A DNA stretch of 64,000 nt from Mobula hypostoma (taxonomy: Eukaryota). The stretch covers positions 100,318,001 to 100,382,000 of the forward strand of contig NC_086108.1 in NCBI RefSeq assembly GCF_963921235.1. The letters are read 5' to 3'. A model generated the notes under the pieces. The model searched no databases. It saw only the letters and a program-made list of their open reading frames with translations, and was not told where the DNA came from. A program made the position numbers and the translations under genes. This document shows, in pieces, positions 10,926-22,722 of the stretch. Positions within the stretch are counted from its first letter, which is position 1, and each line of letters begins with the position of its first letter.

Positions 10926-13750
10926 GGACCCTAACCTGTACACCATTGGAATGTGGGAGGAAACAGGAGCACACCTGTGACTGCACTGATTTCCTCCCAC
11001 ATTCCAAAGACGTGTGTTAGTAGATTAATTGGTCACATGGGTGTAATTGGGCAGCACAGGCTCGTTAATCTCTATTAATCTTTAAAAGAATCTCTAAAGG
11101 CATCTAGAGATATTTATTAAGGTGCTTAAGCATCTCTAAAAGAATTTTAAAAAATGAAAATTAACCCTGGCCAAAATGACGTATGGAAATTCCTATCAAT
11201 TCAACACAATAGAATCAAATATTTTTACCTGAGAGAATGGATGAGATATTGAGTTCATCACTATAGTAGATCTAGAAGGCAGGCATAGATAATAAAGTTC
11301 CATGTTTGGGCATTGCTTTTGGTTGATTGAGAGAAAGGGTATTTGAAGGTCAAAGTCAAAATTGAGTTTGGTGTCATATACACAAGTATAGGTACGCACA
11401 GATACAATAATGTAAACAACTTACTTACAGTACCATTACGGGTGCATAGCATCAGAGACACACCGTTCACAACAGAAATATAAATTATACAACAAAGAAT
11501 GCAACGAGAACAAAAAGAAGTCCATTGTAGTGCAAAGTCATCATGGTACTGCTATACTGAGTTAATGATTAGCTCTGTGCATGTTGGTTCAAGACCTAAG
11601 TTTTCAAAGAAAAGTCACCTAACCGGTGGTGTGGGACTTCAGGTTTCTGTACCTGTTGCCCTCAGGTAGCTGCAAGAAGATGGCGTGGCCCAGATGAGGA
11701 GGATCTTGGATGATAGATATTGCTTTCTTAAGGCAATGCCTCATGTAGATACTACTGTTGGTAGGGAGAGTATGTACCCATGATGCACTGAGCGTAGTCC
11801 ACTACTGTCTGCACTCTTGCGTATTTGAAAAATTGTCCCAGACCATGGTAATAACAACTTCAGAGGTAAATTTCAACATTATCCCATTGGCCACATTATG
11901 GCCAGCTTTGCTGATTACCTCTGATATTCTTCAGTAAAAATACAGAAAATACTCAGCAGTTCAGGTCACATCTGTGGGAAGAGAAACAGAGTTAATGTTG
12001 CAAGTTCAAGATCTTTAACATTCTTTGTCTCTTTACATTAAACTAAGGAAGTACGGCAAGTCCTGAAGTAATTCTAACATCGTTCAATCAGAGAAACAGT
12101 TAAGTTATTGGAATGTGATAGTTTTTGCTGAAAGCATGCACCAGTACAAAATAATAAGCTGTCAATCCTATCAGTACAAAACTGAAAAATGTAACATAGA
12201 TTAAGTCCATACCTGAGGTAGTTAAAAATCATTCTATAAATAGACAGTAATACTCTTTTCTTTCTTAACCCAACTAATATTATCAAGGTTTTTGAATTTA
12301 CCATTACAGAAATAATGCATTAAATTGATATGAAGTACATAGGTAATGGTTTAAAAAAAAAGGGTGGGAGCTTTGAATATTCATGATGCTTCGTGCAGAG
12401 AACTAATATTTTTCATGTTCTCATTTTTAAATAGATCTGTCAAGTACTGTGCTTGTTAATGTTCAGTCATTAGTCCTCAACAGTAAATATGTCTAAACAA
12501 GAGTGTTAGCAAAAGAAAATTGTTGGCCAGGAATGTAAGTAGGTAGGGTAGGTGATTATAAACTTAGCCCTAGTTGTGTTTAATGGTTATCTCGGGGATA
12601 TCTAAGAAAATGAGAGGTGGGGAATTCCAGAGCTTGGCATAGACATCAACAGTGAGATAATCAGATCTGGAGGGCAGAGGCAGATAACCATAGGAACACC
12701 AGACAAGTAAATGGGTAAATTGGTTTACTGAGCTAAAGTGGAAAATGGTCTCTCTCTTCCTCGATGCTGTCGGACGATGGTACCGAAGTTCTGGGTCTGA
12801 GGTTTGTGGATTGAACTAATAAACACTCGGCTGAACTGAATATGGACTCTTTCAATTTTGTGCTTTATTTTCTGCTCCATACACCTTCTTAACAACACTG
12901 TCAACCTGTGTAGCAGCTTTGAGTGTCCTATGGACAAGGACCCAAGATCTCGCTGATCCTCCACACTGCCAAGAGTCTTACCACTAGTATTATGTTCTGT
13001 CTTCAATTTTGACCTACTGAAATGAACCATTTCACACTTATCAGGGTTGAACTTCATCTGCCACTTCTCAAACCACAATTTGCAAGATCTGTTTTTTTTG
13101 CGTGGGTGGGTATTTGATGTTTACCTTTGAATGGGTTCCAGGGTTTCTTTGTTTAGTGGCTGTCCATGGAGGAGAGGAATCTTAGGGTTGCATATTGCAT
13201 AAAACCTTTGATAATAAATGTATTTTAAATGCTTTGAAAACTTTGTTTTGCATGAGGATGTTTCCTATCGTGGGGGAATCCAGGACCAGAGGACACAGCC
13301 TCAGAACAGAAGGACATCCCTTTAGAATAAAGATGAGGAGGAATTTCTTTAGCCAGAAGATAGTGAATCAGTGGAAGTCAGTAGTCTTATAACAGTAGGA
13401 TAGAAGCTGTCTTTGAGTTTTGTAGTACTATATGTGCTTTCAGGCTTCTGTATCTTCTGCCTGAAGAGAGAAGGGAAGAAGAGAGATTGTACAGGGTGGG
13501 TATGGTCCTTTATTGAACTTGGAAGGCTAAATCTAAAGGCAAAATACTGGGTTAATAGCAGGATTCTTAGCAGTGTGGAGGAACAGAGGGATCTCTTTGG
13601 TTTCATGTTTGATGATCTCTCAAAAGTTGCTACACAAGTTGATAGGGTTGTTTAGAAGTTGTATGTTATGTTGGTCTTCATTAGGCAGGGGACTAAGTTC
13701 AAGAGTCACAAGGTAATATTGCAGTTCTATAAAACCCTGGTTAGAATATC

Positions 13751-13898
13751 ATAAACATGAGGAAATCTGCAGATGCTGGAAATTCAAGCAACACACACAA
13801 AATGCTGGTGGAACGCAGCAGGTCAAACAGCATCTATAGGAAGAAGCACAGTCAACATTCCGGGCTGAGACCCTTCGTCAGGACTTCGTTAGGACTTC
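13751..13898 (-). mobile_element. Short Penelope-derived hammerhead-module insertion within a CR1 fragment
   Basis: 11-bp TSD GTTAGAATATC at 13740-13750 and 13899-13909; body is the PLE terminal module. Confidence 0.8.
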
Positions 13899-15299
13899 GT
13901 TAGAATATCGTATTCAGTTCTGGTCGCCTCACTATAGGAAGGATGTGGAGCTGTACAAAGGGTGCAAAGGTGATTCACCAGGCTGCTGTCTGGATTAGAG
14001 GGCAGGTCTTATGAGGAGACTTTTTGCCAGGGCTGAAATGGTTAAAATGAAGGGACATAATTGAAGTTGATTGGAGAATGTAAGTTATTTTACACAGAGT
14101 GGTGAGTGCTTGGAACATACTGAGAGGGGTGGTGGAAGAGGCAGGTACCTTTTGGACTTTTAAGAAACTCTTAGATTGGCACATGGATGATATCAAAATG
14201 GAAGGTTATGTAGGAAGGAAGCATTCAATTGATCTTGGAGTAGAAGATCAGGAGAAGGACCATTAGATGTAGGAGCAGTATTAGGCCATTTGGCCCATCG
14301 AGTCTGCTCCACCATTTCATGTTTGATCCAATTTTGAAGAGGGAGAATGAGAAGTTGCAGTTTCAATTTCCTCTGCTCTTTCAGCAAATCCTGGTTTAGA
14401 AACACATCTGCACAATACTGAGGCAAAAGACACTGTGAAGTCAAAAGTCACAATAACATGTTGTTAAATAATTTTTCATAAATTTCTGTGTATCTTAATG
14501 CTAGCCTCTAATAGTATTACTCATTTTGGTATGGGATTTCTGTGATCACTTGTACTGTTAATCAATTGAGGTATCTTGGGTTAAACATCCATCGATCCCT
14601 CAAGGTTGCTGGGCAAGTTGTTAGTGTGGTTAAAAAGGCATATGGAGTGTTGGCTTTCATTGGTTGGATGACTGACTTCAAGAGCCATAAAATTAATGTT
14701 GCAGCTCTATAAAACTATGATTAGACCACACTTTGGAATACTGAGTTCAGTTCTGGTCGCCTCATTATAGGAAGAATGTGGAAGCTTTACACAGGATGCA
14801 GAGGAGGTTTACTAGGAGGGTACCTGGCTTAGAGGACATGTCCTACAAGTTGAGTGAACTAGATATTTTACCATTGGAATGAAGGAGAATGAGAGGCAAC
14901 TTGATGGAAGAGTATAAGATGTTAAGAGAGATAAATAGTGTGAACCAGACAATTTTTCCCAAGATGGAAATGGCTAATATGAAGGTCTTATGTACTCATG
15001 TATATTTTAACACTTACAGGTTGCTATCAACCTTCCCTGTATGTTACATACTAAACATAATACGAGAGGACGTTCTGGGTTGATGACTCTCAAATATAAC
15101 AGAAGGGGTATAATTTTAAAGTGATTGGAGAAAAGGGGAAATATAGTTGTTTTTTTACCACAGGGAGTGGTGTGTGCGTGGATTGTGCTGCCAGGAGTGG
15201 TGGGAGAGGTAGATACATTAGGGACTTTAAGACACCCTTAGGTACATGGATGAAAGAAAAATGGAGGGCTATGTGGGAGGGTGGTGTTAGATTGATCTA

Positions 15300-16862
15300 T
15301 CACTGAAGAGGTAGTGCTGAGAAAACTCATGGACCTGAAGATAGATAAGTCCCCTGGTCGTGATGGAAGGCATCCCAGGGCACTGAAAGAAATGGCAAAA
15401 GTTATAGTAGAGGCTTTGGTGATAATTTACCAATATTCTCTGGACTCTGGGCGGGTCACTGTGGACCGGAAGACTGTGAATGCCATGCCACTGTTCAAAA
15501 AAGGATGTTGGCAAAAGGCAGGTAACTATAGACCAGTTAGTTTAGCATCTTTAGTTGGGAAAATGCTTGAAGGTATCATTAAAGAAGAAATAACAAGGCA
15601 TCTGGAAAGAAATGGATCCATCAGGCAGAAGCATCATGGATTCAGCAAAGGCAGGTCCTGTTTGACAAACTTACTGGAGTTCTGTGAGGATATAACGAGC
15701 GCAGTGCATAGAGGGGAACAGATGAACATTATTTACTAGGATTTCCAGAAGGTGTTTGATAATGTGCCACATAAAAGCCTTACCCATCAGATAAGGATGC
15801 ATAGGGTTGGGAGTTAATTGTTATCATGGATAGAGGATTGGTTAACTAAGAGAAAACAGAGAGTTGAGATACATGAGTGTTACTCTGGTTGGCAGTCAGT
15901 GGTGAGCAGTGTGCCGCACGGGTCTGCAATTGTTCGCAATATACATTAACGATCTGGAAGAGAGGACTAAGTTTGCTAATGACACTAAATCGAGTGGAAA
16001 AGCCAATTGTGCAGAAGATATGGAGACTCTGCAGAGATAAAGAAAGGTTAAGTGAGTGGACAAGGATCTGGCAGATGGAGGCATCCACTTTGGAAAGAAA
16101 AATGAAAGAGCAGATTATTATTTAAATGGTAAATTTGCAGCATGCTGCCATGCAGAGGGACTTGCACGAATCACAAAAGGTTGGTTTGCAGGTGGTGCAG
16201 CAGGCTATCAAGAAGGCAAATGGAGTGTTGGCCTTCATTGCTAGAGGGATTGAATTTAAGAGCTGGGAGGTTATGCTGCGACTGTACAGGGAATTGGTGA
16301 GGCTGCATCTGGAGTGCTGCATGCAGTCTGGTCTCTTTACTTGAGGAAGGATTTACTGGCTTTGGAGCTGGTGCAGAGGAGGTTCACTAGATTGATTTCA
16401 GAGATGAGGAGGTTAGACCAGGAGGAGAAATTGAGTCACTTCGGATTGTACCCAGTGGAATTCAGAAGAACGAGAGGAGATCTTACAGAAACATATTAAA
16501 TGATGAAAGGGATAGATAAGATAGAGGTTGTTTCTACTGCTAGGTGTGACTAGAACTAGGGAACATAGCTTCAAGATTCAGGGGAGTAGATTTGGGATGG
16601 ATATGAGGAGGAACTACCATACCCAGAGGGAGGTGAATCTGTGGAATTCTCTGCCCAATGAAGCAGTGGAAGCTACCTCAGTAAATATATTTAAGACAAG
16701 GTCGGATATATTTTCGCATAGTAGGGGAATTTAGAATTATGGGGAAAAGGCAGGTAGATGGAGATGAGTCCATGGCCTGATCAGTCATGATCTTATTGAA
16801 TGGCGGAGCAGGCTCAACGGGCCAGATGACCTACTCCTGCTCCTATTTCTTATGTTCTTATG
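15300..16862 (+). mobile_element. CR1-clade LINE, degenerate, 5'-truncated
   Basis: KSPGRDGRHPRALKE, GNYRPVSLAS and GRSCLTNLLEF fragments with stops and frameshifts; TTCTTATGTTCTTATG tail. Confidence 0.88.
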
Positions 16863-17419
16863 GGGTAGGTTAAAAGGTCAGCACAACATTGTGGGCCGAA
16901 GGACCTGTATTGTGCTGGAGTGCTCTATGTTCTATATTCTAATTGACCATCTTGCCCAATAATTTCAATAGTGGTGCAACAACCAGTATTTGCCTCCAGG
17001 AGAATCTTCAGTGTGTTAGTCAGAGGAATGACAAGTATGATTCACTCAGATCAGTGTATCCTGTTCTTGTTTAAGTCTAATCAGGAGAAGACTGTCCAGG
17101 ATTCTGGATGGAAGAAAGGATGATACGGTGTGTTTTACCTGAAAAGCAACATAACAGGAAGCTCGTCCAAAGTCATCTTGGGTCAATGGGAAGACATTGC
17201 GTGACAAGATTTGAAGTTTCACGTTTTATATCATACAAGATATTTGAATTATGTATTGAACCTTGGGGGTCAGCCTTGAAAGATGTTAAATAGGACACAA
17301 AAGCCAGCAAAAAAAACTGTTGGCATATTCTTCACAGCAACAATTTCAAATTTAATTTCAAAATGTCGAGAACATGCTCAACATAAGATAATGGAAACAG
17401 ATTTGAGTGACCCAATAAT

Positions 17420-17827
17420 CGTCGTCATGGCTATCCCTCGAGGTCGAGGATGATGGTCTTCGTTCTGAAGAAGTGGCTCACAGAGCGAAGACGCCTGTGC
17501 GTGTATTTGTTTAACGTGTACTTGATGTTGCACTCCAAGAAGCACACGATACTTCACAAATCAACCAACTGATTCCAATGGCATGGAAACCACGACGATT
17601 GGAGCTGATGGATTTGTTGCAGCCTTCACCCTCCTTCACAGCCATTGAGTTCAAAGTAACTTCACGTGTTCCACCGTTGAGGTCTTGGTTGGATTGTTCT
17701 TCGTCAGGGACCTCACCCTCGATCTTACCGCCATGGGTGACCCTACCAGGAGCATAGCTCCAGATGGCATTGCTCTCGGGATCACAGGACCACACAAGCT
17801 TCTCCACCGTGGCAAGGTGAAGTAATA
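17420..17827 (-). mobile_element. Bipartite non-autonomous RTE-clade element (5' UTR fused to 3' tail)
   Basis: 8-bp TSD CCAATAAT at 17412-17419 and 17828-17835; the minus-strand 5' end CACCTTGCCACGGTGGAGAAGCTTGTG...GGTAGGGTCACCCATGGC resembles RTE/Rex3 5' UTRs; the 3' end CCATCATCCTCGACCTCGAGGGATAGCCATGACGACG resembles RTE tails. Confidence 0.65.
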
Positions 17828-18313
17828 CCAATAATACCATAAGCACAAGAGCAGAATTAGGCTATTTGGCTCATTGACTCTGCTTCTTTACTTGATATAT
17901 TTATTTTCTCTCTCAACCCCATTCTCTTGCCTTCTCGCTGTAACTTTGATGCTCTTACTATTCAAGAACCTATCAACCACTGCCTTATATATTACCCATG
18001 ATTTGTCCTCCTCCACACTTCCTCCTTATGTCTATTCTAAAAGATCACCCTTCTCCTCTGCAGCTGTGCCCTCTGGCCCCAGAGTCTCTCACTATAGTAA
18101 AAACATCCTCTTCATGTGCACTCCATCTGGATCTTTCAATATCTGATGGGTTTCTGTGAGATGCCCCCTCATTCTTGTAAGCTCCAGCAGGTATCAAACA
18201 CATCTGATGTGTTTACCCTTTTATTCTCGGGATCATTCTTGTAAACTTCTTCTTGACCCTCTCCAATGCCGATACATCTTCTCTTAGATATGAAGCCTAA
18301 AACTGCTCACAAT

Positions 18314-18442
18314 ATTCCTGAAGAAGGGTCTCAGACCGAAATGTCATCTGTTTATTCCTCTCCATAGTTGCTGCCTGACCTGCTGACTTCCTCCATCAAT
18401 TTTTGTGTTGCTTTTGATTTCCAGCAACTGCAGAATTTCTCA
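18314..18442 (+). mobile_element. Short Penelope-derived hammerhead module
   Basis: CTGAAGA-AGGGTCTCAGACC-GAAA-TG-TC (core boxes intact, stem I lost), followed by GCTGCCTGACCTGCTGACTTCCTCC. Confidence 0.7.
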
Positions 18443-18689
18443 TCATTATGACCAATCCTCATAAAGTGTCTGCTTTTCATCCTTGATTCTATATACTAAT
18501 CCTCTGAAAATAAATGCTAACATTGTACTTGCCTTCCTCAAAACTGTACTCAAAATGTCTGTACATTAAGTAGAAAAGTTGAACCCTCCCGCTCCCCGCA
18601 CACCGCTCCCCAACCAAGAATAGTGCTAGAATTACACTCGCCTTTTGTGGCCCTAAGGCTTCCAACATCTGATAACATAGAACATTGAA

Positions 18690-18900
18690 TAGCAACACCC
18701 ACAAAACACTGGAGGAACTCAGCAGGCCAGGCAGCTTCTATAGTAAAGAGTAAATAGTCTACTTTTCAGGCCGAGACCTTTTCCAGTATTGACCAAGGGT
18801 CTCAGCCTGAAAAGTAGACTGGTTACTCTTTTCCATAGATGTTCCTCTGGCATTTGGTGTGTGTGTTGCTTGGATTTCCAGCATCTGCAGATTTCTCGTG
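18690..18900. repeat. Inverted dimer of the Penelope terminal module
   Basis: AGTCTACTTTTCAGGCCGAGACCTT (18756-18780) faces AAGGGTCTCAGCCTGAAAAGTAGACT (18795-18820); the outer arms are also inverted. Confidence 0.8.
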
Positions 18901-20244
18901 TTAGAACATAGCACAGCACTGGAACAGGCCCTCCGGCCCATGATGTCATTCCAAACTAATTAAACCAGTAATTAAACACCCAAATCAACTAATAGCCTCT
19001 ACCTACACAATGTTCATATCCCTCCGTTCTCTGCTTATTCATGTGCTATATAGGAGCCTCTTAACTGCTTCTGTTCTATTTGTCTCCTGTACCACCCCAA
19101 GCAGTGCATTCCAGGCACGCACCACACTGTGTAAGTATTTGCACTGTACATTTCCTTTAAAATAACCCTCCTCTAGTATTAGACATCTCAATCCTGGAAA
19201 AATATACTGGTTATTTACACTGTCCACACCCCTATCTTATCTTATAAACTTCTATCAAGACCTCTCTCAGCGGGTGTAACTCCGGAGTAAAAAATAAAAT
19301 TCCAAGTTTGTCCAACTTCCACTTCGAACACATGCCCACTAATCCAGGCAGCATCCTGGTAAGCCTCTTCCGCAGCCTCTCTGTAGCTTTCACCTCCTTG
19401 ACTCCTTCCTGCCACAAATGCTCCACAAAGCAGAATGCTCTGAGGGCAGTTATCAGCCCCTGGGTAGCAGTACACGGGAACCCCACCTCCAGATTTCCTG
19501 ATCAAGAGCATACGACACGGGAGCAGAATAGGTCATTTGGCCCATCCTTGTCGGCTGCTTCTAAAAATTTCTGATAATTGGTGACATTTAAAAACACTGG
19601 AAATGTTTAATGAATTATGATATTAAAATTATCAACTATACCCTATATTCCATATGCCACCTCGTTGCCCATTCTCCTAATCTGTTTAAAATTAGCAACC
19701 ATACGTTATATTCCATATGCCACCTGGCTGCCCAATCTCCTAATCTGTTTAAGACCTTCTGCAGACTCCCTGCTTCTGCAACATTACTTGCTCCTCCATC
19801 TACCTTCATATCATCTGGAAATGTGGCCACAGCTATCCGTTCTGTCATCTATTGACATCCATTGCTATATGCAGAGAAGGTTTACAAGGATGTTGTGGGG
19901 ACTTGAGAAACTCAGTTACAGAGAAAGGTTGAATAGGTTAGGATTTTATTCCCTGGAGCGTAGAAGAATGAGGGGAGATTTGATAGAGGTATATAAAATT
20001 ATGATGGGTATAGATAGAGTGAATGCAAGCAGGCTTTTTCCACTGAGGCAAGGGGAGAAAAAATCCAGAGGACATGGGTTAAGGGTGAAAAGTTCAAAGG
20101 GAACATTAGGGGGGGGCTTCTTCACACAGAGAGTGGTGGGAGTGTGGAAGGAGCTGCCAGATGAAGTGGTAAATGCGGACAACAACATACATCAAAGTTG
20201 CTGGTGAACGCAGCAGGCCAAGCAGCATCTATCGGAAGAGGCGC

Positions 20245-20280
20245 AGTCGACGTTTCAGGCCGAGACCCTTCGTCAGGACT
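20245..20280 (-). ncRNA. Minimal type I hammerhead ribozyme (intact core)
   Basis: Minus strand AGUC-CUGACGA-AGGGUCUCGGCCU-GAAA-CG-UC-GACU: stem I AGUC/GACU, CUGANGA and GAAA boxes, GUC triplet, palindromic ACGU in place of stem III. Confidence 0.82.
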
Positions 20281-20574
20281 AACTGAAGGAAGAGTGAGTA
20301 AGGGATTTGAAAGCTGGAGGGGGAGGGGGAGATGCAAAATGATAGGAGAAGACAGGAGGGGGAGGGATAGAGCCGAGAGCTGGACAGGTGATAGGCAAAA
20401 GGGATACGAGAGGATCATGGGACAGGAGGTCCGGGAAGAAAGACAAGGGGGGGGGTGACCCAGAGGATGGGCAAGAGGTATATTCAGAGGGACAGAGGGA
20501 GAAAAAGTAGAGTGAGAGAAAGAATGTGTGCATAAAAATGAGTAACAGATGGGGTACGAGGGGGAGGTGGGGCC

Positions 20575-21318
20575 TTAGCGGAAGTTAGAGAAGTCGATGT
20601 TCATGCCATCAGGTTGGAGGCTACCCAGACGGAATATAAGGTGTTGTTCCTCCAACCTGAGTGTGGCTTCATCTTTACAGTAGAGGAGGCCGTGGATAGA
20701 CATGTCAGAATGGGAATGGGATGTGGAATTAAAATGTGTGGCCACTGGGAGATCCTGCTTTCTCTGGCGGACAGAGCGTAGATGTTCAGCAAAGCGGTCT
20801 CCCAGTCTGCGTCGGGTCTCACCAATATATAAAAGGCCACATCGGGAGCACCGGACGCAGTATATCACCCCAGTCGACTCGCAGGTGAAGTGATGCCTCA
20901 CCTGGAAGGACTGTTTGGGGCCCTGAATGGTGGTAAGGGAGGAAGTGTAAGGGCATGTGTAGCACTTGTTCTGCTTACACGGATAAGTGCCAGGAGGGAG
21001 ATCAGTGGGGAGGGATGGGGGGGACGAATGGACAAGGGAGTTGTGTAGGGAGCGATCCCTGCGGAATGCAGAGAGAGGGGGGGAGGGAAAGATGTGCTTA
21101 GTGGTGGGATCCCGTTGGAGGTGGCGGAAGTTACAGAGAATAATATGTTGGACCCGGAGGGTGGTGGGGTGGTAGGTGAGGACCAGGGGAACCCTATTCC
21201 TAGTGGGGTGGTGGGAGGATGGAGTGAGAGCAGATGTACGTGAAATGGAGGAGATGCGTTTAAGAGCAGAGTTGATAGTGGAGGAAGGGAAGCCCCTTTC
21301 TTTAAAAAATGAAGACAT
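20575..21318 (-). CDS. Penelope-like ORF C-terminus: linker and GIY-YIG endonuclease (247 aa, truncated)
   Basis: PLVLTYHP, AFRR, CKQNKCYTC, GVIYCVRCSRCGLLYIGET, RFAEH, PVATHF and LRLEEQHLIFRLGSLQPDGMN. Confidence 0.9.
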   Translation of the reverse strand: MSSFFKERGFPSSTINSALKRISSISRTSALTPSSHHPTRNRVPLVLTYHPTTLRVQHIILCNFRHLQRDPTTKHIFPSPPLSAFRRDRSLHNSLVHSSPPSLPTDLPPGTYPCKQNKCYTCPYTSSLTTIQGPKQSFQVRHHFTCESTGVIYCVRCSRCGLLYIGETRRRLGDRFAEHLRSVRQRKQDLPVATHFNSTSHSHSDMSIHGLLYCKDEATLRLEEQHLIFRLGSLQPDGMNIDFSNFR

Positions 21319-21894
21319 CTCCCTCGTCCTAGAATGAACCCACTTTTAACACTTAAGAAAAACTTGGACAGGTACATGGATGAGAGGTGTCTGGAGGGAT
21401 ATGGTCTAGGTGCAGGTCAGTGGGACTAGGCAGAAAAATGGTTCGGCACGGCCAAGAAGGGTCAAAAGGCCTTTTTCTGTGCTGTAATGTTCTATGGTTC
21501 TATAACATGAAATGAAGTGGTCTCAACACTGACCCCTGCAGAACACACTGGTCACTGGCAGCCAACCAGAAAATTAATTACCAAGATATGTGTAAAGTGG
21601 AATGGAGAAGCTGAAAGAACAAGTTTCACTTTCTCTTATTTTTCAATGACCCGATTTCAACGCTGATGCAGGACTTTGACCTATAACATTGACAATTTCT
21701 TTCCCCCCACAGATGATGCTCAAGCAGCTAGCTCCTCCAGCAGATTGTTGTCCAGATCACAGCATTTGCAGCCTCTTGAGAAAGCAATTGCAGGGTAATT
21801 TGTCCTGGATTTGCAGGAAGATTGACAGCAACATCTTCAGTGGAAGTTGGAGTAAATTTTGTCTTCACCTGCAGGCAGTAAGCTGAAGGAACAG

Positions 21895-22125
21895 CTCCAA
21901 AGAGTGCTGTATGAGGCCATTCTTACCCTCAGCCATTAGGCTCTATAATGAGTCGACCTATGGCTGAGGATGTGAGAATCCACCCCCCCCCCTCCAGTTA
22001 GACTATGTGTTACCTTATTTTTTATTCTTACTTCTTCTCTTCTAATATTTATATCTGTGCACTTGTAATGCTACTGTGACACTGTAATTTCCTTTGGGAT
22101 CAATAAAGTATCTATCTATCTATCT
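21895..22125 (+). mobile_element. Rex1-type LINE 3' end
   Basis: TTCTTACCCTCAGCCATTAGGCTCTATAA...GGGATCAATAAAG followed by a (TATC)n tail. Confidence 0.55.
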
Positions 22126-22163
22126 TATGGAATGGGGCCAGTCTTTAATCCACTCAACATATA

Positions 22164-22722
22164 CACTCAGTGGCCACTTTATTAGGTACATCCGTACACT
22201 GCTCGTTAATGCAAATTAATGTGATTGTGATTAATGCCAATCACACGGCAACAACTCAGTGCATGAAAGCACGCAGACATGGTCAGGAGGTTCAGTTCTT
22301 CTTCAGACATCAGATTTGGGAAGAAAATTTGATCCAAGTGAATTTGACCGTGGAATGATTGTTGGTGCCAGAACACCGTTCCAGAAACTGCTCATCTCCT
22401 GGGATTTCCACACACAACAGTCCCTATATTTTACAGAGAATGGTGCAAAAAAACATTCAATGGCCATTCAGTGAGTGGCAGCTCTGTGGGCGAATACACC
22501 TCATAAATGAGGGAGGTCAGAGGAGGACGCCCAAACTGATTCTAGCTGACAGGAAGGCAACAGTAATTCAAATAGCCACACATTACAACTGTGGTGTGTA
22601 GAAAAGCGTCTTTGAACACACAACATGCTGAACCTTGAAGTGGATGGGCTACAACAGCAGAAGGCCAAGAACGGACACTCAGTGGCCACTATTGGAGTAC
22701 CTAATAAAGTAGCCACTGAGTG
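22164..22722 (+). mobile_element. Tc1-family non-autonomous element (559 bp), complete
   Basis: 26-bp TIRs CACTCAGTGGCCACTTTATTAGGTAC and GTACCTAATAAAGTAGCCACTGAGTG (1 mismatch), TA on both sides; internal Tc1 transposase remnant (EFDRGMIVGAR...). Confidence 0.88.

Larger units (their letters stand above)
20180..21336 (-). mobile_element. Penelope-like element, 5'-truncated, young
   Basis: Open GIY-YIG ORF, 3' UTR and intact hammerhead motif; interrupts a CR1 copy. Confidence 0.92.
19870..21505 (+). mobile_element. CR1 3' fragment split by a Penelope-like insertion
   Basis: QRRFTRML...GFFTQRVV up to ~20178; resumes at ~21340 (CACTTTTAACACTTAAGAAAAACTTGG), colinear with the uninterrupted sister copy at 23737-24281. 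Confidence 0.85.

Noticed and set aside
17695..17715. CTGACGA box on the minus strand of the RTE-derived element
   Set aside because: No stem II-GAAA-UH arrangement follows, so it is not called a hammerhead.
19628..19753. Two ~60-bp tandem units resembling a repeat array
   Set aside because: Local tandem duplication within a CR1 fragment; no spacers, eukaryotic context, not CRISPR.
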